Assembly: GCA_964016885.1 (NCBI GenBank)
Contig: OZ024740.1
Span: forward strand, 224,564,001-224,628,000
From: Eledone cirrhosa
Lineage: Eukaryota
DNA: 64,000 nucleotides
Direction of reading: 5' to 3'
Both the position numbers and the translations under genes were made by a program. The first letter of the stretch is position 1; the number at the start of each line of letters is the position of its first letter. Shown here one piece after another: positions 39,601 to 51,420 of this stretch. The notes beneath the pieces are model-generated. The model was not told the DNA's origin and ran no database searches. It saw nothing but the letters and a program-made list of their open reading frames with translations.

Positions 39601-42600
39601 AAACGCTTCGTTTGTACTTATGTACCGGGCCGATAGGTACTCACTGACCTCGTCCCGGTCGGACTGGAGGGCGAATGCGGCGGAATTGCAGCCCTTGTTG
39701 ACGTACTTGCAAACATATTTAATCGATTTAACTGAGCTACAGAATTCCACATTAATGTGGGCTTGGAACGTCGAAGTGAGAAGTGGACAATAGGGGACCA
39801 CCCATCGATTGTAGACTTACAATGGCAGTAAAACCACCGCCTTCAGGCGACCGGCGCCTGTACAGGGGATAGCCGTCGTGTCCTGTCTGGGTCTCTGAAA
39901 CAAATTTCCTAGGGTACCTCTTACTACAGATCCCGTCTTTCTGACACGAATGGTTAGAACCTGGATAACAGGGTCCGTGTATCATGGAAGTGGTGACGAT
40001 GTCGAAGAGTTCTTTGTCGGTGGCAGGGTTGGGGATCTCTGCGCAGATAAATTTGTCGATGTCGTTGGAGTTGATCTTGTTCTGCAGCCACAGTAACAGA
40101 TGAATGTGAGGCAGGCGCCGTTTCTGCTATTCTACGGTGTACGTATGGCATCTAGCAGGGCTGAAGATGTTGGCTTTTGCATAACATGCCTTCATTTTCT
40201 GTATGTTCCTCTCGAAAGCCCTCGCTATGAGGTCAAGGCGGTGGTGGTATGACTGCCCTGGAGGAGTTCTCGGGTGATCTCATCCGACTTCGGGTTGCAC
40301 GTGAAGGTGATGAAGAGGTCAGGACGGCCGTAGGCCCGCACGTAGGTCATGGCGTCCTGAGTCCTCTCTGCATGTACCGAGGTCCTCCAGTGAAGGTAGA
40401 AGGCAGGATGCAGACCTTGCCAATGTTTCGGGGATCCCCGTCGTTGGTCAAGCCGTCTCGCAGGTGTATGTAGCTTTCGCTACGCAGTTGCTGCTGGTGG
40501 AGCAGTCGTTGAAGGCCAGTCGTTCTGACTCCATCTTTGCTGCCATATCCACCGCACATTGGTTCAGTAGGTCCTGCGATCTGTGCAAACTGTTGAAACA
40601 GTTTCTCCGAGGCATGAGTCGGTATGCGTAAAATTCCTTGCAGGACACGGTTTTAGCGGCAGCAACGGAGGGCTGGTTTGGCTGGCAGTGTGGAGTCTTG
40701 AAGTGGTAGCCGTCCTCGCCGCGGGGGAAAAGTAGAGGGTATTGGAGGCTGTCGTAGAATCGGTGTGTTTCGCGTATTCTGTGAAGGCCAGTTGCACGGT
40801 TGGATATGACGATATCCCGGGGGTTGTGCTGGTCTCCGTGAAGGACGACTGCCACCTCGTTGCACGCGGGCGCGTTGAATCGACGGGCGTGTTCTCCGGA
40901 TGGTCTTTTGTCGGCATCGATGACAATTTTGAAGTTAGGCAGGTCAGTAGTCTCCAAGGCGTACTTGAAGCTCTGCACGTAGCTGTTTTCGGAGTGTAGC
41001 ATTTGCTGCAGCGCAAGGAGGACGTCTCTGTCCAGGTTCTCTCTAGTGCCATCAGCTGGGATGACAGATGAGCGCATGTCAGCCTGCTTGTTGTAGTCAG
41101 CTATGAAGTAAATTTGCAGGAAGGCGGGTTGCGCTGACGGCGCAGGCTGTAGAGGACCTACATAGTGGTAAACCTGGCCCTAAACCTTAAAGGTTGGCAT
41201 CCACCCGCTTTCTCGGACAATTTTGGCCCCGAACGAAGTCATCTGGAAGGCGCAGTGGTATTTCCTTATGTTGCCAAGGAAGTCTGTTGATGTAGAGGTC
41301 TCTCCGCTAAGAAGTTCTCGCAAAGGTTCTGGAGGGGCCGCCAAAGGAGGAAGTGAAACCTTCCCATTAGAGCAGCACAGGCCAGGTGGTTCTCCGGGCC
41401 ACTTCTCTGCACCACAGAATTGGCATATGACATCCAACCTGCCTAGTTGAATGTCCGTACGGTCGGAGTATTTTACTGTTGGATCGTAGTTGAAAGCCTT
41501 CATAAGCCAAAATGACTCATGTGGACTCGTTGTTCCTCTGGTGGTATCTCGTCGTGCGTTGTTTGTGTCCAACCGAGCACGGCAGGCTGTTTGATGTTCT
41601 GCCGCAGGGGAGGCGGCGGTGGATACAGCGTTCTGGGACCTTCGGATGCTCTGGCAGCTGCGGTGGAGGCGGAGTCCTTGGACCTTCGGATGGCTGTCTG
41701 TATCTCGGTCTGGGATGCTCTGGCAGCTGCCTTGGAGGCGGAGTCCTTGGACCTTCGGATGGCTGTCTCCTGGTCGGTTTCTGTGGCACGGGAGGCGGCG
41801 GTTGAAGCAGCGTTCTTTGACCGTCTGGTGGCTGTTTGCGGTTTAGTTTCGGAGGCCCTTGCAGCAGCAGTAGTTGCAGCATTCCTAGCCCTACGAAGAG
41901 CTCTTTGGCTGTCACTCTCTGCTGCCCTAGAGGCGGCTGTTGCAACTGCATTACGACAATTACGAATGGCACGATTTGAAGCGGTAACCGTAGATAGAGA
42001 GGCGCTGGGTTGGGCTGTGCTAGGGGTACTTAAGTTTGAAAGCGAAGTAACAGTGGTTTGTGGCCAAAAATGCAGTCCGGCATCCGTAGATTGCTCATTC
42101 AATCGCCTCTTTTTTGAAACAACAGACGATGTTTTCCTACGGCTAAGGGTACTCTTTCTTTTCAGTGGCATGGTTGCAATAGTACAGTAAACAGTAAAGG
42201 GGAAGCAGGTTTAGAGCAAAGGCAATAAAGCGAACGTGATAAGCAGTATTTTGAGGAAGGTAAAAAAAAGTGACAAATTGTTACAATTTTAAGCAAGAAA
42301 AAAGTAAACAAAAAACGTACTGGGAATGTCAAAGTCTGAAAGGTCACAAAATGTAATGCAGTGAGGGTGAAGTACACGTATACACAGTAGCCTAACCAAG
42401 TAGCAAGTGTAGCGTTTGAAAACCAAAGTTTTGCAGGCCACTCAATCAACGATAAGAGTCTGCAGAATGTTTTGATAGCAGTCTTGCCAAAACAGAATAA
42501 AAGCTGCCACCTCCAGCCGTCCAGGAAATTTTTTTTTTGATTCAAGGCGAAAATTTGTCCACTTCTCGACCGAAAGAAAGCAAAAACTGACTCAACTGGT

Positions 42601-43243
42601 GCCAGGTGGTCAGAACTGGCAGGAACTGGTTTGTGTCACGTGAAGCTGTAACTATAGCAACAGTGGTTCCCTCGGTCTCAAAGACCAAAGTAAGTGGAGA
42701 GGGGAAGGTAATGTTACTGTAACACCAACAACGTCCCTCTCTATATTCCTCGCTCAATAAAGAAGCGGAGGGGGAAGGTAATGTTACTATAGCAACAGTG
42801 GTTCGCTCACTGACCAAAGTGGAGAGTGGAATGTAATATTTCTGTGAGACCCAAAACTTCTCTCTGTCTCTAAAGAAGGAGGAAGGGGAAGGTAATGTTT
42901 CTATAAGATCTGTTATTCCTGTCTCTCTATATACGAAGTGGAGATTCGACCTCGAACTTCACTCTCGACCGAATTTCGAAATGATTCGAGCACGACAACA
43001 AAATTTAGACTATTTTCTACCCATATTAGCAAAAAACCGGGTCAAAAAACTCAAAAGGAAAAATTGGTGAATTGGGGGGGGACCTATCAAAAAATAAAGT
43101 AGCCTAAGCAATGTAAAGGGTCATGAGGAGTGATGTATGCAAATTTGAGCGAGATCGGGCGAGCGGTGTAGACGCCAACCTCGAATAATGTAGAATCCAC
43201 ACACACACAGACAAACACACATCCTCTGTTTTATATATATAGA
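36645..43243 (-). mobile_element. Full-length Helitron (rolling-circle transposon)
   Basis: The minus strand begins A|TCTATATATATAAAAC (43243) and ends CCCGGGCAACGCCGCG hairpin...CTAG|T (36645). There is no TSD, the same minisatellite lies on both flanks, and a RepHel gene lies inside. Confidence 0.92.
37378..42171 (-). pseudogene. Helitron RepHel transposase (Zn finger, HUH/Y2 Rep, Pif1-family helicase), disrupted
   Basis: CQFCGAEKWPGEPPGLCCSNGK; PDLFITFTCNP; YTVE*QKRRLPHIHLLLW (HUH); KYVCKYVNKG (Y2); DASGGTGKT, IVWDE, GDFRQTLP, TINKSQGQT and QLYVAYSRV helicase motifs. Split over several frames, with the last 807 aa open. Confidence 0.95.
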
Positions 43244-43277
43244 TACACACAGAAATATATATACATTTCTCTGTGTG

Positions 43278-43324
<47 letters not shown>

Positions 43325-43401
43325 CACAGAAATATATATATATTTCTGTGTGTGTAATATATATATAGACTAGAACTGTTTCATTCTTGAGAAATCACCA
43401 G

Positions 43402-43457
<56 letters not shown>

Positions 43458-43496
43458 GATATTAATAAATGGAAACTATATTTATAAAACCATATT

Positions 43497-43561
43497 TATT
43501 TCATTATATATATTTCAAGGATTCCAAGTTACATTATGGTATGCCTTCATCAGACAAAATA
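43497..43561 (-). ncRNA. Type-I hammerhead ribozyme motif
   Basis: Reverse complement of 43701-43765 with one stem II substitution; core and triplet intact. Confidence 0.75.
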
Positions 43562-43700
43562 CAATATATAACATTTTTATAAATAGACATTCACGTACCC
43601 CTTTTAAAAATTGACCGTTGTATCCTGATGGCCTCCAAATACAACGGTCAATTTTTAAAAGGGATACGTCAATGTCTATTTATAAAACTGTTATATATTG

Positions 43701-43765
43701 TATTTTGTCTGATGAAGGCATACCATAATGTAACTTGGTATCCTTGAAATATATATAATGAAATA
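43701..43765 (+). ncRNA. Type-I hammerhead ribozyme motif
   Basis: tattttgt-CTGATGA-agg-c-atacca-taatgtaact-tggtat-cct-t-GAAA-tatata-TA-atgaaata. Canonical core; predicted cleavage after 43757. Confidence 0.82.
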
Positions 43766-43892
43766 AATATGGTTTTATAAATATAGTTTCCATTTATTAA
43801 TATCGTATATCTACTCCAAATATTTGTCGAGTGCTTTATATCAGTTATAAAAATATTTGCTTGTTGTATCCCAACAATTTAAATAAAACTTT

Positions 43893-43938
<46 letters not shown>

Positions 43939-43939
<1 letters not shown>

Positions 43940-44851
43940 TAGTAGTAAAGTCCGGCGTTGCTCGGGGTCGCTCAGTAGCTGTGTTAAAGTTACAATGTTA
44001 AGTTTCTTTCTTGGCTTAAAAACTGTAGTGTCTACTGTGCAGACTTGCATGTGGTGTTTTTGATTAATATTCCCTCAACCAACAATATGCCTTATGAAGT
44101 TAAGAAAACATAACGATAACCCCAATGTTATAACAAAAGAGGATGCTGGGGATAGAAACTGCACTGGTTATTTATTAACAAAGATCGAAAATGTAAACAC
44201 TGCAACGCAGAGAAAAACATTAGCGTAACCAAATTATCAGTTATGTCTGTCTGCACGCCTATATCACCTCTCTGCACGACTGTCTGTCTGCACGCCTATA
44301 TCACCTCTCTGCACGACTGTCTGTCTGCACGCCTATATCACCTCTCTGCACGACTATCTGTCTGCACGCGTATATCACCTCTCTGCACGACTCTCTGTCT
44401 GCACGACTGTCTGTCTGCACGCCTAACGACGAAATATTTGCTTGTTTTACGTAGTCTTTAAATAGACTTGTTTTCAAGTAAAAATATTGTTTTAAAATGC
44501 TTTTAAATAGAAATGAAGCAAAACGGAAGCTTAGTGTTCGAACTGATGAATTTTGCAGGTCAATATTTTGCTGGCTCGACAACTGTTAAAGCCAGCGTAA
44601 TTTTTTACGTAAGACGCTCAATGTAAACAGAACAAAGGGAAATAACTGATCACTTACGCTCAAAAATCGATACATTATATTCGATTTCGTCACATAGGGT
44701 GGGTGAATTTGAAATTTTTTTTTCCGATGTCTTCGCTAGGGCTCAATGTACAAGTCTAGCAATTTCGGTGCAATTCCGTGAGAGATTCTAAGAGGAGATG
44801 TGTGCCAAAAATCGATAGACAGACAGACAACCACAGTTTTATATATATAGA
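43939..44851 (-). mobile_element. Non-autonomous Helitron
   Basis: Minus strand runs A|TCTATATATATAAAAC (44851) to CCGAGCAACGCCGG hairpin...CTAG|T (43939). Confidence 0.85.
44244..44424. repeat. 37 bp minisatellite (~4.5 units) inside the Helitron
   Basis: tgtctgtctgcacgcctatatcacctctctgcacgac at 44244, 44281, 44318 and 44355. Confidence 0.9.
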
Positions 44852-44857
44852 TTGGTT

Positions 44858-44908
44858 AGTTTCAGAAGATCCCGTTAAGGGTGAAAGCAGCGATTCTTTG
44901 CTTAAACT
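44858..44908 (+). ncRNA. Variant hammerhead ribozyme motif (CAGAAGA core) in an isolated PLE pseudo-LTR fragment
   Basis: agttt-CAGAAGA-t-ccc-gttaa-ggg-t-GAAA-gca-gcgattctt-tgc-TT-aaact; homologous to 60959-61009 (minus). Confidence 0.65.
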
Positions 44909-44932
44909 TTAATCTTTTATTTTAATAAATAA

Positions 44933-45022
<90 letters not shown>

Positions 45023-45566
45023 TGTACGTATGTAATATATTAATAATATATATATAATGTATGTATATATAATATATAATATATAATATATATATATATA
45101 TGTTAGCAAATACGAAGAAATATTTATACTATTCCACACACATATAATATATATGTTATGTCGTCGACCACTGATTCCAACAACCACCGCTCTAGGCCAG
45201 TACGTGACACCTGCGTTCCCAGCCATGGCACGCGCGACCTTGGAGTAGTTACCATGGAGATCTAGCCAGACACAGCCGAAATCTTTGAATTTACAGACGA
45301 CAACTTTAAGACTGGCTTTTGGTGTTTTAACCAACTCACTGGGGCTGAGCATATAATATATATATATATATGTGTGTTATATGTGTGTGTTTGCGTGTGT
45401 GTTATATGTGTGAGTGTATGTGTGTGTGTATGTGCGTGTGTATGTGTGCGCGTGTGTGTGTTATATATGTGTGTGTGTTATATGTGTGTGTGTATGTGTG
45501 TGCGCGTGTGTGTTTTATATATGGGTGTGTGTTATATGTGTGTGTGTGTGTGTATATATAATATAT

Positions 45567-45605
<39 letters not shown>

Positions 45606-45894
45606 TATATATGTATATTATGTGTGTCTCTCTATATATATACATATATATAGGTTTAAGTGTGTATGTGTGTGTTAGCATGTGTGCATATGTGCGTATG
45701 TATGAGTGTGTGTATGGTATGTGTGTGTTAGTGTATGTGTCTGTAAGCGTGTGTGTCTGTCTGTGCGTGTGTCTGTGTGTATCTGTGTAAGTGTTTGTGT
45801 GTGTGTGTACAGGAATTCATAAATTTCCTAAAATATGTCTGTATGATTAATTTTTCTTAAAAATTATAAACTGGTTCTTCCTGTCAGAGATAAT

Positions 45895-46080
45895 TGTTTC
45901 TACTATTGGCACAAGGCCAGAAATTACCCAGTACATTACTGGTACTTTATTTTATCGACCCCGTAAGGATGAAAGGCAAAGTTAACCTCGGCGCGATTTG
46001 AACTCAGAATGGCAAGGGCCGTAACTCTATGCGTCAAAGCATGGCGTCCGACCCTCTACCGATACTGCCAATCCACCGCC
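45895..46080 (-). mobile_element. Full-length SINE family A with target-site duplication
   Basis: Flanked by CTGTCAGAGATAAT at 45881-45894 and 46081-46094. Confidence 0.92.
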
Positions 46081-46138
46081 CTGTCAGAGATAATAATCTG
46101 ATTTGAGAATAATGCATCTCAAAATATGAACATGGGTG

Positions 46139-46169
<31 letters not shown>

Positions 46170-46266
46170 CTGTGTTTGTGTTTGTGTGTTTGTGTTTGTG
46201 TGTTTGTGTGTGTGTTAAATATATATCGACTAGCAGAAAACCACCCACCGGGTAGTTTTCTGCTAG

Positions 46267-46754
46267 TCTATATATATAAAACTGAGGATGTCTGTCTGTG
46301 TATCTGTCTGTGAGTTTGAATCCCTAAAACTCTAGAAGTACCCAACCGATTTTTTTCAAACTTTACACGTGTATTACTTATCTTTCAGGGAGTGTTACGC
46401 ACATAAATCTAGGGCCCGCATTAGGTGAAAAACTGCGCTTTTCAGTCTTTAGGGATTTTTTGAGGCGTTATGTCAGACCTATTTCTTTGAAATTGTAACT
46501 ATGTATTAGTCAGTCTCTTCTTCATACCGTGAGTAAAGAAAATCCAACTTTTTATGGCCTAGGACCCGCATTAGGTGAGAAACTTTATTTTTCCTACTTC
46601 ATCGAGGAAAACCGTAAAGATTATCAAGCCATCAGAGTATTCGGTTTATTTTCTTTACATATTGTCCAGGCATGCAGTTTTTCCAAGATTAGGTCTCTTG
46701 GCGGCCTGTGTTCCAAAATACCTTATCCCATGCAACGCCGGGTATTACTGCTAG
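46267..46754 (+). mobile_element. Non-autonomous Helitron
   Basis: Starts TCTATATATATAAAACTGAGGATGTCTGTCTG (like the 43243 end) and ends CCCATGCAACGCCGGG...CTAG|T. Confidence 0.85.
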
Positions 46755-49602
46755 TTGGCAATACAATTGTCTGGCACCCAATAGATATGGGCTGCAAATA
46801 CGATGAGTAGGTCTCTTACACACTTTATTTACTATTTTTCAGTTTATCCACATTGTTTATCATCCTCATCACCATTATTATGATCTCACATCGATTATAT
46901 ATAGGTTAGATGTTCGTTGGGACCTGGGTTAGTTCATATTTGGAATTGTTGACTTCCTAGAAAAACTGTAAGAATAACGACTTGATTTCTATAATTGATG
47001 CCATTCCAATTACCGACCCCTTTTATAGAATGTGCTCGATACATTTTATTTTGACACCAGCACTGGAGATTTTGTCTGGTCTTCAAAAATATTAAACAGT
47101 TGTCTCTGCCCTATACTATCATTGTTTAATTACAATTAAAAACTTTACTGGAAGCATTTTATCATGTAAGGTTAATATATGATGATGATCATCATCATTT
47201 AACGTCCATATTCCATGTTGTTTTACAGTATCCATTCATTGAAGGCAAATGTGATCTAAAGACGTGATTCATACAGTAAAGGTGATAGCTGAGAGGTTGA
47301 AAGAGGGAAGAATATGGATTTGTGTATGCTGGGGAATCAGGGATATGATGGTTGAGATGAAGAGAACTGTAGTAGCTATTTGCAGGTTGTTGTGAGTGCA
47401 TTGGTGTATATGAGTCACATGATGGGATGGCACTAGGAATGTGACACACCAGTAAACATATACATTTCAAATTCTGGACATTTTGCTTATTCATACATAT
47501 ACTCTATAAAATCTATGGCTGTTTAAAAGTATTTGGGACACTTTATGTAACACTAAACATATTTTTGTTACAAATAGGCTCTTGGCAGCGATCATACACT
47601 TTTATAGATTATACATACATTTACACCTTTATCTATTTACATATGCATACACAAATATAAGCATTTATACATAAATATTTTAATAAATAGAAACACACAT
47701 CCATACCTATCTATATAACTACCAATAGCTGCATATATAATCAAACACAATTATGCTTACATATATTTAAAATATATAAAAATCACACAAATAGTTTCAA
47801 ATAGTATATTCTAGCAACTATTTCCCTATATATCATCAACCTATGAATAAAGTAATAGGAATGCAAGTTACTTCAGTTAGCAGGTTACAGAAAGCTGTAT
47901 CATCATCATCATCATCATCATTTTACGTCTGTAATGGAATATAATTCAAATTATGTATGAAAAAATAAATGACAGGGAAAGGTAGTCGTTATATTTGTGA
48001 ATATTAATGTTCATGTTAGAATTTGATATACTTAAAGAATAAAACTTCATTGGTGTTTTCATAATCAAGAGAAGTTAGTCAAGCATCTATTGTGCTAAGT
48101 TTAAATATACCCTTGAAACACCTATAAAAGCTACATGAATTAACTGTTTGTGTAAAATATACTGTGAATAACTTTAACTTCAAAGGTATTCTGTATCAAA
48201 GAATATGGTTTTGAAAAGCAACTGGAAATGATTCAATGCTGGATCAAGCATATTCATTGAAAACTGCAGTATGGAGGTACAGAAATTGTAAAGGGGGACA
48301 TAATTGAGTGAATATACTGTTAAAAAACCAGCACAAAGTTCTGGAGTTCAAATCTAATACAGCAATATTTTCTGCATAATTTAGTAAAAACATTTATTTC
48401 TAGACATTTCTTTTTATCAGAGTTACATTGACTAAATAAAAATAAAATTTATTAATTTTTTCAAACAAAACTCCAAAAATAAAATATAAAAAATAAAAAA
48501 AGATAAAGGAAAATCAGAAAATGATAAAGTGCCACATCTGCAGTTGAACAATTAATCTCTGCTATGCCTCAAGGACAAGATAGCAATACTACTGCATCAT
48601 CCATTCAACCTATATGTTCCATTTTCTTGTGAAGCTTTCTTCTCAATTTAGCAGAGGAGACAGATAGTCTAAAAACTAAGGGCACTAGTAATCTCAATAG
48701 TGATTGCTATAGAAATATCAGATGGGAATAGGCCCCAAGACTTTGACTGAGCATGCTGGATTATGAATACAGAAAATTTATATCTTATTTGCTTCATACC
48801 CAAAAGCTGGAGCTTAGCAATAGACCTTAAAGACCCCATGACGAAAGGGTACATAAAATGGTGTTAAGAATAAAAACGATTCCATACTTTAGAGTAGATA
48901 AATGAGAAATTGTGACATTCATTCGTTTTTCAAAGATAAGCAGGAAGGTTGCAATTAAAGAGAAATGGCTGGTAACTAAAATTTTTATTTCATATTTGGC
49001 TTGTTAAAGAATTTACCACCTACTGTTTGGCACTTGCTACAAATATCAAAATATTATTATCAACACTTTATTTAATAAGTATGCTCTTACTTGGTTATTA
49101 TATACATAGCCAATATAATATTTGCTGCATATTATTGGATATAGTTTTAAAAAGGTTTTATTTTCTCTTGATAATATTCAAAGTGTTTTGGAGAGGAAAG
49201 AAACCTTTCAGTGATCCCAGAGGAACAGCTACAATTTTCGGAAATTCATTTCTTTCATGCAATCATGTTCTTTGATCATTATTGAAAATTCACAAGTGAG
49301 GCTTATTGCAATATTTTTCAAATAATGATTTTCTTGTTTTATTTCTATTAATATAATATTGTTATTATTTTATCTAATAACAAATTTCCTCTAGATGAAT
49401 GTTTCTCAAATATTAAGATAATTTAAAAATGAAACAAAAACATTTCAGAGATATTTCTTAATATGTTAGCAAATTGTTGCCCATATCCATACATTATCGC
49501 TATTTCTCATTCTTTTCCCTCTCTTTTCCTACATATATGTATATATATATATATTATTCAGAATATTAATAAATGAAGACATTCACATAATCAAAATATA
49601 TG

Positions 49603-49664
49603 TTTTATTATATATATTTTGAAGGTACTGTGCTGTTTTTTCAGTACGTCCTCGTCAGATAAAA
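49603..49664 (-). ncRNA. Degenerate type-I hammerhead motif in a TA-flanked PLE-like end fragment
   Basis: Minus: ttttat-CTGACGA-ggac-gtactg-...-cagtac-cttc-AAAA-tatata-TA-ataaaa. Stem I is 6 bp and stem II includes gtactg/cagtac; GAAA is mutated. Confidence 0.65.
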
Positions 49665-50073
49665 TACATGAATTGATGTATGACTTAACTCAACGGTCTT
49701 GATGGTTCAATTCCAGTATTGGCAGTGATTTATTACAACAAATCTCAACATTTATATACCACAAATAAAAACATGATAAACTTAAATTTAATGAAGAAGA
49801 TGATATAGAGTGAGATATAGGTATAAGGAGGGGGTGAGTATGAGGAAATGCAAGAAGAAAATAGATACATACATACATAAATATTTAAATGCATAAGTAG
49901 ACGTATTAGGGAAGAAAAAGGAAGAGAGAGAGAGAGAGATAGAAGAGAGAAGAAGAAAGAAATAATGGCAAAAAAGAAAGAGAAATGATGTGCGACCGTT
50001 GCTTTCAAATATTAAGTCAAATAGAGGCAACCAATTAAATACCATGACATTTTTTAATATATATATATATATC

Positions 50074-51420
50074 ATTATCATCATCATCATCATCATCATC
50101 ATCATAGTCATTATCCCCATTATCATCATCGTTTTTACGTCTACTTTTCCTGGTATGCATGGGTTGGACGGGTCCCTTCTCAGCTCAACCTCTGCTCTGG
50201 GCTTTCATGGTCATCCACTATTGTAGCTTCCTTCCACTGGGATTTCCTGGCATTTCTTCACCAATTGATCATTGTCCATGTTCATCACATATCCATACCA
50301 ATGCAGTCTTCTTTCCTGCACACCATCTCGGATTTCCCTTAAACCTAGCTTCTCTCTGAACTCATCTAAGCTCTACCTTTCTCTCATATTTATATTGCAC
50401 ATCCAATGAAACATGGCTGCTTCATTTCTCTCCAGTCTACGAATGTCCTCTGAAAACTTTTGTTGTCAGCAGTGGGTGCAGTTCTCTAAACTTCTTCCAT
50501 CCTATCTTTATTCTAACTATTATAAACTCAGCGCACCCTCCTCTGCTGCTAATTAGGTCACCTAGATAACAGAATCTATTAACCATATCTATGGATCTTT
50601 TCTGTGGCTGGAAAAGGTTTATATCATAACCACTTGTCCTCTCGATTTTTCCTGTGCATCTTCTACAAGCAAAGTTCTCCCTTCCTCTTAATCTACTCAT
50701 TTTCCCACTACAACTTTGTGTACCCAAGATTTACATTGTGTACATTGTATGGAGTTTATACTTACTCCTTTTCTGCATATTGAGCAAGGCCATTTCCCTG
50801 GGGGAATCTGGATCCTGTTTTTTTTCCTACTCACTGACACTTTAGTTTTTGCTAAGTTTACTCTCAGACATTTTGATTTTAAATTCAGTTTCCATAATCA
50901 GAATATATTTTCTAGTTCCTTTTTGGTTTCAGCTATAAGGACGAAATAAACTGCATAATGTAGTTCCTATTGGCAGGCCGTTTTAAACTATTCTGTTATG
51001 GTCTGAAGAACTATGATGAACAGCAGTGGACAAAGAACTGAACCGTGATGGATTCCTACCTGTACCTTGTATTCCTCAATAAACACATTTCCTACACCTC
51101 ACTGTACTGACAGCTCCTCTGTACATAGCTTGCACTGCTCTCACAAGCCATTCTTCCACACCTAATTTCATTAAGGACCACCGATTATAGATTGAGGTAC
51201 TCTTTCAAAAGCCATTTCCAGATGTATGAAATCTAAATATAGTGGCTTATTCTTGGCTAGGAACTTCTTTGTTGCTTCACTAAGAAGAAAGCATATGCAG
51301 TACTTTTCCCAGGCATGAAACCAAACTGCATTACATCTATTTTGTTCCTTTCCTTATTACCTGCGGCATAAAATTTTCTGTCACTATCATAACTTGGTCC
51401 ATTTGTTTAATCCTCTATAT
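50074..51420 (-). mobile_element. Degraded RTE-type LINE (RT to 3' tail)
   Basis: QFGFMPGKS, FIHLEMAFE, GIHHGSVL, FCYLGDLISSRGGC and WKKFREL motifs; Cys/His insert at 50651-50793; (GAT)n tail. Confidence 0.85.

Larger units (their letters stand above)
43455..43895. mobile_element. Non-coding palindromic PLE-type element with a hammerhead motif on each arm (copy 2)
   Basis: Arms 43455-43623 / 43639-43807 with a 15 nt spacer. The tail 43808-43895 is the reverse complement of 10678-10765. (TA)n on both sides. Confidence 0.85.

Noticed and set aside
38102-42190. Plus-strand ORFs overlapping RepHel, including 41519..42190
   Set aside because: Antisense shadows of a GC-richer, repetitive coding region.
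44244-44424. 37 bp repeats as a CRISPR array
   Set aside because: Head-to-tail units without unique spacers, no cas genes and a eukaryotic context.
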